From the IMG/VR virus record IMGVR_UViG_3300047320_000346: a stretch of 64,000 nt of DNA; one strand, written 5' to 3'. Position 1 is the stretch's first letter. Every line of letters begins with the position of its first letter. A program made the position numbers and the translations under genes. The notes under the pieces were generated by a model that had not been told where the DNA came from, ran no database searches, and was given only the letters and a program-made list of their open reading frames with translations. This DNA comes from an uncultured virus (IMG/VR IMGVR_UViG_3300047320_000346). Its lineage: Duplodnaviria; Heunggongvirae; Uroviricota; Caudoviricetes. Shown in pieces: positions 38,221-50,365 of this stretch.

Positions 38221-40401
38221 TTATGCAGCAAACAGCAGCATCTGCGAGCCCTTTTTACGGCGTGAGCTGCGATGCACCTTGACCTTCTCAGCGATGTGCG
38301 GATTGGCCTTCAGAAAGTCCACCAGCGGCCCGAGTCGAACGAAGTGGTGAATCGCCCAACCTTTAAGTCGCCGGCTGCTGTAGACCGGGGCTTTCTTGTG
38401 CAAGCAATGCGACAGCAGCTTGCTACTCGGAAGCCCCTTCCTCATCAACTGACGCCACGGCACCTCCGGCGACCACTGGAGATACAACTCATCCAGCGAC
38501 AACGTGCGGTGACGAACTGCCGAGCGCGTAGCTGCACGCACCGCCGCATCCGACTTGTCGCGCTGGGCCCGCACATCTTCCGAGCTGGGCTCGACCAAGG
38601 GCTCAGGCTTTTCGACTGACATTGAGAGAGCGCGCGCCACATCGAAGTTGTAGCCTGCGAGACCATGTCGTTCGCGCCACGATGACCGACGCAAAATACG
38701 GTCGGCTTCGCTCACCTGCGACTTCGCCAGGCTGATGACCCCGTACTGGAGATAAAACTTGTAGCTTTCTCCAGTCAGAGGCACACCGCCTGCTCGAGCC
38801 GAATCGTGACAGCGCTGGACCAGCCGCTCCAGTTCGAACCCGAGAATCATGGCCACCGATTCCTCGTGAACCTCAAAGAGGTCCGAGGTGCCGATGTCCA
38901 TGACCGTGCGCACGCCACCCTTGCTGTTGATTTCCCGCGTCGCCCCGCAGACCGCTTCTCCGTGCATCTCATGGAGTGAACTGCGAAGCCCCGTGTACAC
39001 GTCCATTGCCGACTCATCCCAGTCCTTCACGGGAATGTAGCGCGGCGCCGGCATCGGGCACTTCTCGGCCTTCGGCACCTTGGGAATCTCGAAGCTCAGC
39101 CCCTTCTCGAACACCTCGTTATAAATAAAAAGTCCTAAATAGGGCCTGGCATATCCCTGCAGACTCCAGATTGCGTCTATAGCAATTAGCGCTTCAGGGC
39201 CAACAATCTGGAATCGGGGCTCAATGCCCAATTCCGCGGCCTTCAATTGCTCATCCCGGTCGATGGTCAGCGCAAACCGCAACAGGTCCTGGGTGTACGC
39301 AGGGGCGTACGAACCTGGCGCGAACTGGATGTAGCCATCGGTGATGCTGCGGCCCATCCACGCGCGCTTGCTCATGTCGAACAGCGTGTTGCTCAGGTAC
39401 TCACGAAAGCGCGACAGCGGTTCCATGTAGGCATACTGCTCCTGCATGAGAAACGACAGCATGCTCTTGTCTTCCTGGACCATGTTGCAGACATAGCAAC
39501 CGTGTCGCGCGCCGCACGCATTGCTCGGCTTGTCGCCGCGCCCCACCGAACACTCGCCCTCGGCATCCTTGTAGATGCGCCAGACGTCCTTCATGTCGGT
39601 GTAGATGTCGAGCGGCAACAGGTCGTTGACGGCGAGACCGATGAACTCCATCACGTCGTCGGTCGACCAGTTGGCGATAGGCGCGAGATACACGTCCTGC
39701 TCGACATTGGTCTGCACGATTTGGGTGGGCGACTCCGCGCGCTTGGCCATGTTGGCGGCGCGCTCGGTACTCTCGCTGTAGCGCACTCCCGTCATACCGA
39801 CCGAGAACTTGCCCTGCGCGACCTTGTTGACACCGAAGAAGCGGATTCGCGCCCGATTCAGCGGCACAGTCTTCAGGTCCGTCGTGCAGTTGCGGTTCGT
39901 CACCGGAGTGCTGATAAGGGTCTGGCCGCCGATGATGTGCACCGCCCATTCGGCGAGCACGTTCGGCTTTGTCACCTCAACCGCGCCCGGCAGTTCGTGC
40001 CGCGCAATCCACTGCCGTACCCGCTCCAGCTCGAGGGTGGCGACACCCTTGACTTCAGGGTTCTCCACCTTCGTGTCTGAATTGAGTACGAGAAAGCGCT
40101 TCACCTCGCGACCCTCGGCCTTCAACTGCGCCGCGGTTGCCAGTGCCATCGTCAGGACGGTTGAACTGTCCTTGCCGCCGGAATAGCTGTAGCAGATTTC
40201 CCAGCGCTGCATAGCCCATTTCATCACGGCCATCGCTTTGGCAATCTTCTCCTCCAGCTCTCCTTCGGGCATGTCCAGGATGTCGGCCGGCGCTTCTGCC
40301 AGAACAACTGGCTGAAACTCTGACTTCTTCCGCGAAAACAACGTGATTGGGTGTACGGCAGCAAAAGTCTGCTCGCCCAACAGGTCCGCTTGCATTTCCA
40401 T
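38221..40401 (-). CDS. PAPS reductase family protein, DndC-like
   Basis: SGGKDS PP-loop, RNCTTDLK, GVRYSES..RA, PIANWS, RHGCYVC..DKSM. Confidence 0.85.
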   Translation of the reverse strand: MEMQADLLGEQTFAAVHPITLFSRKKSEFQPVVLAEAPADILDMPEGELEEKIAKAMAVMKWAMQRWEICYSYSGGKDSSTVLTMALATAAQLKAEGREVKRFLVLNSDTKVENPEVKGVATLELERVRQWIARHELPGAVEVTKPNVLAEWAVHIIGGQTLISTPVTNRNCTTDLKTVPLNRARIRFFGVNKVAQGKFSVGMTGVRYSESTERAANMAKRAESPTQIVQTNVEQDVYLAPIANWSTDDVMEFIGLAVNDLLPLDIYTDMKDVWRIYKDAEGECSVGRGDKPSNACGARHGCYVCNMVQEDKSMLSFLMQEQYAYMEPLSRFREYLSNTLFDMSKRAWMGRSITDGYIQFAPGSYAPAYTQDLLRFALTIDRDEQLKAAELGIEPRFQIVGPEALIAIDAIWSLQGYARPYLGLFIYNEVFEKGLSFEIPKVPKAEKCPMPAPRYIPVKDWDESAMDVYTGLRSSLHEMHGEAVCGATREINSKGGVRTVMDIGTSDLFEVHEESVAMILGFELERLVQRCHDSARAGGVPLTGESYKFYLQYGVISLAKSQVSEADRILRRSSWRERHGLAGYNFDVARALSMSVEKPEPLVEPSSEDVRAQRDKSDAAVRAATRSAVRHRTLSLDELYLQWSPEVPWRQLMRKGLPSSKLLSHCLHKKAPVYSSRRLKGWAIHHFVRLGPLVDFLKANPHIAEKVKVHRSSRRKKGSQMLLFAA

Positions 40402-40785
40402 CGCTATGTCCTCCCTCTTGAAATGAATGTGAACTCACTTCGTATAGGGAGACGTGCCGCCAGACTCGCGGTACGGCACTCGAAAATAGCGCCGCGCTGC
40501 CGTAAACTTGTCGGCCACGAGGAACCGGTCGATAAGCTATTGCAGGCGCATGGCCTCCAGGACGAGCCGGACGTGTTCTACCGTCAATTTGCCGCCACCC
40601 GGCTGTGGCTGAATTGCATGGTGTTCTCCTGAGTAGCGTGCCGGTTGATTCCGACCCGGCCACTATCGCCAACACCGGGCATGGGCCTTAGGACACTCTA
40701 TACAAATCGGGCAACCAGGCGAACACTCGCCTCGCTCCGGCTGCATAGGCCGAAAAGGAAATCAACGTTACAGGGAGCTGTTCAG

Positions 40786-41070
40786 ATGGAAGAAACCCTT
40801 TTGTCGCTGGCCGCACCGGTGTTAATCGTGGGTGTCGCTGTTCTCATCATCGTCACGAACATGAAACGAATGAAGCGAATGCGCGCGAAGAATTACCAGT
40901 GGTATCTCGCGACTTATCCGGATGCTGTTAAGGGAAAGCGCGTTGCCTGTCACAGTTGCGGACACGACCATGTTCAGGTTCGCAATGTCATGCAGCGTAC
41001 TTTCATGCGGGAACACTTCTGCGGCCAATGTGGAGAGAGTCTCTACTACAGCCCTGAAGGAAAAGCCTAA
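40786..41070 (+). CDS. TM helix + zinc-ribbon protein
   Basis: N-terminal hydrophobic helix; CHSC..HFCGQCG. Confidence 0.65.
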   Translation: MEETLLSLAAPVLIVGVAVLIIVTNMKRMKRMRAKNYQWYLATYPDAVKGKRVACHSCGHDHVQVRNVMQRTFMREHFCGQCGESLYYSPEGKA

Positions 41071-41131
41071 CCGTCCACCGGACTTCTCACCGCCCCGGCA
41101 ATTGCCGGGGTTTTTCGTGCCTGAACGACGC

Positions 41132-41317
41132 TCAATTGCCTGGTTTTCGACCGGCACCGAGAATAGGCGCGAGCACTTCAGTCAGACCACGAGCCAGTCC
41201 CTGGGCCATCGCGTCTGCCATGACCCGACGGCGTTCCTCCGCGCCCATGCGTGGCGGCCGTGGCGCGGCTTCGGCCACGCGTTGCTCGCGGGTGCCGCGT
41301 CGCCTGGCCTCACCCAT
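41132..41317 (-). CDS. small hypothetical protein
   Basis: ATG overlaps the upstream stop codon. Confidence 0.4.
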   Translation of the reverse strand: MGEARRRGTREQRVAEAAPRPPRMGAEERRRVMADAMAQGLARGLTEVLAPILGAGRKPGN

Positions 41318-42068
41318 TTTCTGCCCTACGGACGGTGCGACCGAAACTGAGGTTCAGAGCCTGACGGGTATCGTAGCTGGGAACGACCTGTGCGTACTGT
41401 GCTTCCACCTTGGCGCGGTACGCCGCGAATTTGTCTGTAGGGCTTTCCTGATAGCCCGGCGTCGCAATCATGATGATAGTGCGGGACATAGCCATGCCCT
41501 CCTTTTCCTGCTCAGCGGCAAACTGCGCTGCATCCTCGGCAGACCGATGGACGCTGATTACATCATCCTTGAGGCGGCGCGCCTTGGCCGTGCCCGATTC
41601 CGACGGCGTTGCGTATTCGACGACGTGGACCTCGAAGGCTGCTTTGCGCCGCATGTCGCGCGAGTGGACATCGGCCATCTCGATGTGCAAGCGTTTGAGC
41701 TCATCTCCGCAACAGGCTGACGCGCCCGAAATCGTGCTCAGATTGCGGATGAAGCGCGCCTGCCTGTCGTCGGCAGACTCAGTCGAGTCGTCGCGAGGGC
41801 CGTTGTCGATGAACGCCCAGTCGCAGACCATGTGTACCCTGCGACGCTCCCAGATACGCACACGCACGGGCGAGTCGCCATCGACGTCATGGCTCCACTT
41901 TAACTCCATCATTTCGCCGACCAGCTGGGAAGCCGTATCCAGCTCTTCGCGTGGAATATCCGGCCAGCTACCATCGCCGTGGTCCGGCGTCATCAGGAAA
42001 GTCTTGAGCTTCGCGAGGTACGCATCGACGGCGGCTTCGTGAGATTTTCCAGGCTTCTTCTGTGTCAT
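41310..42068 (-). CDS. hypothetical protein
   Basis: GGGGA RBS before ATG 42068. Confidence 0.6.
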   Translation of the reverse strand: MTQKKPGKSHEAAVDAYLAKLKTFLMTPDHGDGSWPDIPREELDTASQLVGEMMELKWSHDVDGDSPVRVRIWERRRVHMVCDWAFIDNGPRDDSTESADDRQARFIRNLSTISGASACCGDELKRLHIEMADVHSRDMRRKAAFEVHVVEYATPSESGTAKARRLKDDVISVHRSAEDAAQFAAEQEKEGMAMSRTIIMIATPGYQESPTDKFAAYRAKVEAQYAQVVPSYDTRQALNLSFGRTVRRAENG

Positions 42069-42103
42069 GTTTGGTCCCCGAGTGAGCGGCACGCCGCTGC
42101 CTA

Positions 42104-44158
<2,055 letters not shown>

Positions 44159-44221
44159 TTATACCACACATAAAGCAAAACGCCCAGCATTGCTGGGCGC
44201 TTGTAGTGGAGCAAAGGCTTG

Positions 44222-45937
44222 TCAGCCGGTCACAGGGGAGCCTACGGTGACTGTTATCCGGACTCCTTCCCCTTGTTCTGTCGGGCCGATGAGCATCTCG
44301 CCGCCGTGCTCTGCCACCATGCGTCGGACGGTGGCCAGTTCGAGGTCGCTCGTGAGCGTCCAGTCGAGGGGCTGTGTGTCTACTGGAATCTCAAGGAACA
44401 ATGACGAGCAGTCGATGCCGGTTGCTTCCACGCACACGCCGGTCGTCAGGAACCCGCCGACCCCGCCGACCACAATCCTGGCTGCCTCATCACGTCGCTG
44501 GCTTGCGAGGGTGACGAGAAGGCGCTCAATAATGCAGGTCAACACTTCCTGACTGGCAACAACCACGGGCAACGCGCCGACTTGGAACCGGACGTCGGGG
44601 TAGCGATTTTCGAGCGTCTCCAGCAATTTCTTGGCGATTTCTGTCGGATTCACGAGCGTCGTCGCCTGGTACGGTAGGCTGCGTGCCATGTGATAACGAT
44701 TGAACTGGCTGGTAATCAGGTAAATTTTGGTACACGCGTCGGAGACGACTTTGCCGTAAGGCGGCAGAAGATTGGGCGCGGTCTGAGCCACCTCGTCGAG
44801 TTGCGCTTCGAATACGTCGCTCACAGCCATGTGAAAGTGGTCAATATCGTCAAGCAGACTCGAGAGGTATTTGCTCTGGCGCGCCAGGTTGCGCTGCATC
44901 CGGTCGTTGAGCGCCAGCACCTGCTGCTCGTGGCTACGCACATCGGTCTGGTCACTGAACACGAGCTGAAAGCGTCCGGCAGACAGCGCCGCGAGCGTCA
45001 CGTCGAAGTGCTTGCCAAGCTCCGGCAGAAAAATCTGGCACTCGTAGCTCTGCTCGCCTGATGTAACTCTGGCGATACCCTGGCGCAGCTTGTCGTGGCT
45101 TGAGAAGCTCGGCCACGCGACGGAAAAGGGTTCCGTGTAGGGCAAGGGCAGCCCATCCATCATCCGTTTGAAACCGGGATTCGCTTCGACGACGTAGGCG
45201 TCGGGCCCGCCATCGCCGCTCACCGCCAGCCGGCAAACAGCGACACCGCATTGCAGGTTGTCAAACAGAACCTCATAGTTCTGCTGGTGCAGGATGGCCG
45301 ATTCTTCCGCAAGGCGGATTTCCGTCGCGCTGCGAAAAACGATGGTATGTCCGACATACTGCCCGTCACGAAACGCCGGCATCGCCATCAGAATCACCGG
45401 TCCAATCGGATGGGGACAATACGGAGACCAGTCGGAAATTTCTACGGCCGCGGGCTGCCGGGTGGTGCGTGACTTCGCCTCCAGTTCCTCGATGAGCCGG
45501 GCAAACTTGTGCGGAAACACCTCCCCGTAGCGTTTGCCGACCATCTCAGCGACCGATTTCACCTGCGCGACGCGCATGGGCAATTGCGTGGCCGAGAGAA
45601 TCTTCCGGTTCGCGTCCAAGAAGAACATGCCGGTATCGAGACTGAATTCGCTTGTAGTAAGTACACCATGTAGCGCTTCAAATGCCCCAAAGCCATTTTT
45701 GAACCCATGCTTCACCGTCTTGATTTGGGAAATGGCGAACAGCGAGAGAATCAGCGATACGAGACTCAGAATGCTTTCGATGACATACGGTCTCTCATCG
45801 TGCACTCGCCGTATGGATGGAAATTCGCTATGCAGGTAGGGGATAGCCTCGGAATACGAAAAGCTCAAACCACCCGTAATCGCGGCCACAACGGCCAGAA
45901 ACACGGCCAGTTGAAAGGTCACAGAATTCTTGAACAT
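44222..45937 (-). CDS. PAS sensor histidine-kinase-like protein (degenerate)
   Basis: Two TM segments, PAS-like regions, C-terminal LATVRRMVAEHGGEM..GEG; H and N boxes not recognisable. Confidence 0.7.
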   Translation of the reverse strand: MFKNSVTFQLAVFLAVVAAITGGLSFSYSEAIPYLHSEFPSIRRVHDERPYVIESILSLVSLILSLFAISQIKTVKHGFKNGFGAFEALHGVLTTSEFSLDTGMFFLDANRKILSATQLPMRVAQVKSVAEMVGKRYGEVFPHKFARLIEELEAKSRTTRQPAAVEISDWSPYCPHPIGPVILMAMPAFRDGQYVGHTIVFRSATEIRLAEESAILHQQNYEVLFDNLQCGVAVCRLAVSGDGGPDAYVVEANPGFKRMMDGLPLPYTEPFSVAWPSFSSHDKLRQGIARVTSGEQSYECQIFLPELGKHFDVTLAALSAGRFQLVFSDQTDVRSHEQQVLALNDRMQRNLARQSKYLSSLLDDIDHFHMAVSDVFEAQLDEVAQTAPNLLPPYGKVVSDACTKIYLITSQFNRYHMARSLPYQATTLVNPTEIAKKLLETLENRYPDVRFQVGALPVVVASQEVLTCIIERLLVTLASQRRDEAARIVVGGVGGFLTTGVCVEATGIDCSSLFLEIPVDTQPLDWTLTSDLELATVRRMVAEHGGEMLIGPTEQGEGVRITVTVGSPVTG

Positions 45938-45995
45938 GCCCTACACGCAGAAATATGCTGAAATAGTTGTAAGCTAACATACTCACAGATGGTCG

Positions 45996-46943
45996 TCACT
46001 CGGACAGAAGCTCGACGGCTGCAATATGTCGGGAAGTCGCGCGTAATTCTTCGTGGCCCAAAAAACTCTGGACTTCAAAAGGCGTATATCGGCCACATGT
46101 AAGCGCTATCCTTGCAAACGAATTGCGCAGCAGGTTTGGTCCATTCTGCGGTAGCGATTCGCCCAGCGGCTTGAGCCAGGCGCTTACCCGCCGAAACAGC
46201 CCTGATGGGGAGTACGGCGTGCCTTTTCGCGTGGCTGGACACAGCAGGTGGCCCGGGATTGCCAGTTCCTGCCGCTCGGCCCGCCATGCCTGATACCATT
46301 CCCGCCAGGGACCATCCGGCAAAATCAGGGTGGTGTGCTCACGGTGGACAGTATTCGGTTTGACGTGAATCTGAAAAACATCGGAAACCCCATCCGTCGG
46401 CAGGTTAATCAATTCGTTGGCCCTCAATCCGGCCCCCATGAGCAGCGCTGCAGCACATCTGTCGCGCGCACCCTTCCATCCCGTAATATCGGTCAAGACC
46501 GCAATAACTTGAGCAAGCGATTCTTCCTCGAGTCCCGGCGGTAGCGGGATGTCAAGCACCCGCTCCTTTTTCAGTTCGACAAGCAGCGGATTTTCCCCCT
46601 CCCACCCGACTGAGCGCAAGTGCCGGTAGACCTTGTCCAGCAACTGGAGATAGCGTCGGCGGGAGGTAGGTTCGAACTCGGTTGCGCTAAAAAACTCGGT
46701 CGCATCCTGCGGCGTTGCTTCGAGTAACCCCAACGTCTTGGCAGCCAGGGACGACAGCCACCAGGAAAACATGGACGCATACGTTTCCTGCGAGGACTCG
46801 CGAAACTGCCGCGTGCTGATGACGCGTAGCTGCGCGAGCCAGTCCTGAAACGTTTTTTCGGGGTCGCTTTGCCAGGCTGCGAGACTCTGGGCGGGCCAGA
46901 AGTCGCCGTTCTGTGTGAGATGCGCTAATTCTGCTCGGGCCAC
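45996..46943 (-). CDS. tyrosine recombinase (Xer-like) fold with degenerate catalytic residues
   Basis: RDR..GLRANEL, PNLLRNSFA, VQSFLGH. Confidence 0.85.
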   Translation of the reverse strand: MARAELAHLTQNGDFWPAQSLAAWQSDPEKTFQDWLAQLRVISTRQFRESSQETYASMFSWWLSSLAAKTLGLLEATPQDATEFFSATEFEPTSRRRYLQLLDKVYRHLRSVGWEGENPLLVELKKERVLDIPLPPGLEEESLAQVIAVLTDITGWKGARDRCAAALLMGAGLRANELINLPTDGVSDVFQIHVKPNTVHREHTTLILPDGPWREWYQAWRAERQELAIPGHLLCPATRKGTPYSPSGLFRRVSAWLKPLGESLPQNGPNLLRNSFARIALTCGRYTPFEVQSFLGHEELRATSRHIAAVELLSE

Positions 46944-47067
46944 ATCAAATCTCCCTTGTTATATGGGCGACTATTGTGCCCTAACGCTTTTTAAGGTCAA
47001 GCAGTCAACTTCCGCCAATTCTGATTTCATGGTATACTAAGCGCAATTCCTCGTGGAAAATGTATCC

Positions 47068-47817
47068 ATGCACACCAGTATTTATCGAGAATTCCATATC
47101 GGGCTTGCTCCCGACGTGGAAAAAAGAGAGATTGCGCACGGCGTCGAGCATGACGAAGCCGTGCTCTATATCAAGATTCAACACGTCAAGAGCGGCGAGG
47201 AGGCGGTGTTCAAGCTGCTTGGCGCGACAGGCACGCCCGAGCGCTGGATTGAGGAGCAGGTCATGCGCCGCTTCCCATCTTCGGATGCCGCGGCCGAGCT
47301 GCGCCGGATGTACGGGCGCAATCGGCATCGCCTGAAGGCTGGCTGGGAGCATGCTTTCGGTGAGCGCGTGTACCAGAGCCTGAAGCAGGTCGGCGACTCG
47401 AAGGGCGCGCAGTACTGGACGGAACTTATTCCGACGCTGCCGTCCCTCCTCTACAGGACGATGAACAACCGGGCGGTATCGAACCTGAGCCAGCTCGGCC
47501 GCGAGGTCGAATTGAAGGACATCATCAAGGCCGTGCACGACGGGTGGCTTGCTGTCCTGAAGGAGGTGCGCGCCATTGGCATGCACGTAACCGGCCTGCA
47601 GCGGCTTGCGCTCGACATGAGTGGCTGGCCGACGGACCACTTGCGCGGCTTGTCCACGCTGGAGTACGCGCGGCTCAAGGAAAAGGCGCACTTCGCGCGG
47701 CTGTCGCTAGGCTACCTGGAAGAACAGGACTGGTCCGCCGCCCTCACGCCAATGCTGGAAGATGCGCCGCCCTCGAGCGCCACCCACCCCGCCACGACGA
47801 TTGCTGAACTCAAATGA
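47068..47817 (+). CDS. hypothetical protein
   Basis: ORF 47053..47817; TGGTATACT upstream. Confidence 0.7.
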   Translation: MHTSIYREFHIGLAPDVEKREIAHGVEHDEAVLYIKIQHVKSGEEAVFKLLGATGTPERWIEEQVMRRFPSSDAAAELRRMYGRNRHRLKAGWEHAFGERVYQSLKQVGDSKGAQYWTELIPTLPSLLYRTMNNRAVSNLSQLGREVELKDIIKAVHDGWLAVLKEVRAIGMHVTGLQRLALDMSGWPTDHLRGLSTLEYARLKEKAHFARLSLGYLEEQDWSAALTPMLEDAPPSSATHPATTIAELK

Positions 47818-48419
47818 ACCCGACCATGATTGCTGTGGTGCGCGCGTCGCGCGACCTGCTCAGCGCATACCTCGCCGGCTACCCCGAAGATGCAGCGCGG
47901 CTGACTCAGTTGCGCGAGCAACTTGCCCTGGGCAATCCCGACATTCTTGTGCGCTCGACCATGGCGGGGCACATCACCACGAGCATCGTGGTATTCGACC
48001 CGGCGACGCGCAAAGTCCTGCTTATTTTTCACGGCACCTATAAGGACTGGATGCCTGCGGGTGGCCATTTCGAAATGGACATCTCACTGTGGCTGTCCGC
48101 CCTGCGCGAGCTGTTCGAAGAGACGGGTGTCGTCGCAGACGCGCTGGACTGGTGCGGCGTCGGTAGCGCCATGCTGCCTGTCGACATCGACACGCACCCG
48201 ATTCCGGCCAATCCGAAGAAGGGCGAAGGCGCTCACTTCCATCACGATTTCACGTTTGTTGCGACCGCGTCGTCGCTCGTGCCGCTTGTCCCTCAGGTCG
48301 AAGAAGTGGACGAGGCGGACTGGGTCCATCTGTCCGTGCTTCACAAGAGCCCGCTCGAACGCGTGCGCAGACTGGGTGCCCGGCTGGACACAGCGCTCCC
48401 GGCGATGGCCACCGCCTAA
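47814..48419 (+). CDS. Nudix hydrolase
   Basis: GHITTS, GGHFE..ALRELFEETG, HFHHDF. Confidence 0.9.
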   Translation: MNPTMIAVVRASRDLLSAYLAGYPEDAARLTQLREQLALGNPDILVRSTMAGHITTSIVVFDPATRKVLLIFHGTYKDWMPAGGHFEMDISLWLSALRELFEETGVVADALDWCGVGSAMLPVDIDTHPIPANPKKGEGAHFHHDFTFVATASSLVPLVPQVEEVDEADWVHLSVLHKSPLERVRRLGARLDTALPAMATA

Positions 48420-48455
48420 CGAAACGAATCAACCCGATTCCCTGAGGAGACCACC

Positions 48456-48555
48456 ATGGAACACGCAGACCATTACCACGTCGGACGCAGCCGCAGCAGC
48501 TCGCTTTGCCCACATCATCGCGGAACTGACCAAGGCCGGGGCCGCCCATGCTTGA
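48456..48555 (+). pseudogene. small ORF with an apparent +1 frameshift
   Basis: GAGGAG RBS, then ATG G AAC..; the +1 frame ends overlapping the next ATG. Confidence 0.35.
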
Positions 48556-49039
48556 ACTGAAGGACCTCAAGTACGCGGAAAACCGCGTATCGCTGACCTA
48601 CAATATCGTGCACAGCGTCGGCCGGCTGCGCACGATGCTCGAGCAGGACCTGACCTTGCACGTCAGCACAGACACCGGCAAGGTCACAGGCGAGTTTCAC
48701 TTGACCAAACTGAACGCAGACTCCGTCGAGGCGGCGCGCGAGAAGATGGCTGTATGGTGCGACCGGATGGCCGTGGCGTTGCGCTCGGCCCGGCGCAAAT
48801 CTGGCGACCTGCCGCTCTATGAGCGCTCGAGCTTCGACATCGAGAACCACCCACTATGGCTGCGGCAGGAATATGCGCGCCTCGTGCAGGCCTACGTCGC
48901 CGCTAAAACCGAGGAAGACCACGAAGCTATCAACGCATGGCTCAAGGACCACCCGATGAATCTTGTCGGCGACCTGGTGGAAGCCGCACGCTGTGCAGCA
49001 GAACGCATCCAGCAAAACGAAGAAGGCCAGCCGACGTAG
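48548..49039 (+). CDS. hypothetical protein
   Basis: 163 aa co-directional ORF. Confidence 0.65.
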   Translation: MLELKDLKYAENRVSLTYNIVHSVGRLRTMLEQDLTLHVSTDTGKVTGEFHLTKLNADSVEAAREKMAVWCDRMAVALRSARRKSGDLPLYERSSFDIENHPLWLRQEYARLVQAYVAAKTEEDHEAINAWLKDHPMNLVGDLVEAARCAAERIQQNEEGQPT

Positions 49040-49304
49040 GCAATCTGGTCTACAACGTAGCCCGAGTAGCGGCCCGGCGCGTTCAGCGACCCCGGATGCG
49101 CCTACCGTACCATTTGCACCCAGCCGACTAGAATCCTGAGCCCCGAGTGGGAGGCTACCGCCCGCCCGGAGAGCCAGCCATGGCGCTGCTTGCCCGTATG
49201 GCCCGTTTGCGTCGCCAAATTTCGCACATTTCTCTTTTGTAGGTATATCCGGCGACAACTCAAGGCGGACTATCTGAAAAATAGGTCCAATTCGCAAGGT
49301 GACA

Positions 49305-49332
49305 TTGACAAATAACCGCTCGGTGATATACT
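49305..49332 (+). promoter_or_regulatory. sigma70-like promoter
   Basis: TTGACA, 16-nt spacer, TATACT. Confidence 0.65.
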
Positions 49333-49358
49333 ACAAAAACTCCCAATCGAGGTTTCTC

Positions 49359-50354
49359 GTGAACAAGAAAACGCACTTTATTGTCGCGGCTATTACTGCT
49401 GCCCTGCTGGTATCTCCTTTCGCTAACGCGGCCTCCGGGTTCAGCCGCAGCTCAAGTTCGAGCAGCTCGAGCAAGAACACCTCCAGGGCCGAAACAAAGT
49501 CTAACTACGGCAGCTATTCGGGCTTTGGCTCGTCGAGCACCAAGAAAGCCGACACGCCTCGCGTCACCACGTACGTGCCTACGATGGTGCATCCCTCCGC
49601 TGCTCCGGCCGCGGACCCCTCGCCTGCCAAGTCGGGTTTCAGCACCACGGCAAAGACGGGCGGCGCTGTTGCCGGCGTCGCCACGGCAACAGCGCTCGGC
49701 GGCGCCATGTACTCAGCGTCGGCTAACCACGATGCCGTTGATGCCTACCAGGCCAAGCAGAAGGCGGCCGCGCCGCAGGTCGCACAGGACACCTCGAGCC
49801 GCGGTCCGGCGGTAATGACGCAGGCCGCTGCATCGAACTACCAGCCGCACCAGCAACCGCAAGTCGTCGTCGTGCAGCAAAGCACACCGCAATACCACGA
49901 CTCGCATAGCTCGTTGCTCACCAATGCGTTCTGGTACGAAAGCGGTCGGGCAGCTGCCCGCCGTGACGAGCGCGAGCGCGACTATCACTACGCCCAGATG
50001 CAGCAAGCGCAGGCCGCACAGATGCAAGCTCAGGCAGCGCAAATGCAGGCTCAGGCTGCGCAGGCCCAAGCGCAAGCCGCCTACGCACCGAGCGTGCAGC
50101 CGGTAGCACCGGGCATCGCTCCGACGGCTATGGCTGCGGTGCCGGCTCCGACTACGGCTGCTTACGCATCCGCTGCGCAAACTGCCCCCGAAATGAAAGC
50201 GGTGGAGGCTCAAAAGGGACACCACACCTCGTTCTTTACGATGATTATGCTGTTTGCCTTCCTGATTGGCGCCGTCTCTCTCATCGCGTACCTGGCCCTG
50301 CGTGGGCCCAAGGGCGGCAAGGCCGCGACGAAGAAAGCTAACTACACCCTCTAA
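49359..50354 (+). CDS. secreted low-complexity protein with C-terminal TM helix
   Basis: Signal peptide; S/G-rich then Q/A-rich; C-terminal TM helix. Confidence 0.75.
   Translation: MNKKTHFIVAAITAALLVSPFANAASGFSRSSSSSSSSKNTSRAETKSNYGSYSGFGSSSTKKADTPRVTTYVPTMVHPSAAPAADPSPAKSGFSTTAKTGGAVAGVATATALGGAMYSASANHDAVDAYQAKQKAAAPQVAQDTSSRGPAVMTQAAASNYQPHQQPQVVVVQQSTPQYHDSHSSLLTNAFWYESGRAAARRDERERDYHYAQMQQAQAAQMQAQAAQMQAQAAQAQAQAAYAPSVQPVAPGIAPTAMAAVPAPTTAAYASAAQTAPEMKAVEAQKGHHTSFFTMIMLFAFLIGAVSLIAYLALRGPKGGKAATKKANYTL
49992..50080 (+). repeat. imperfect 21-nt coding tandem repeat (QAAQMQA)n
   Basis: AQMQQAQAAQMQAQAAQMQAQAAQAQAQAA. Confidence 0.6.
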
Positions 50355-50365
50355 GGATTCACGCG

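Noticed and set aside
38221..40401. Complete Dnd phosphorothioation system
   Set aside because: Partner genes are absent from this window
45996..46943. Active integrase marking an att boundary
   Set aside because: The catalytic Tyr and His are missing, and no att-like repeat or tRNA is adjacent
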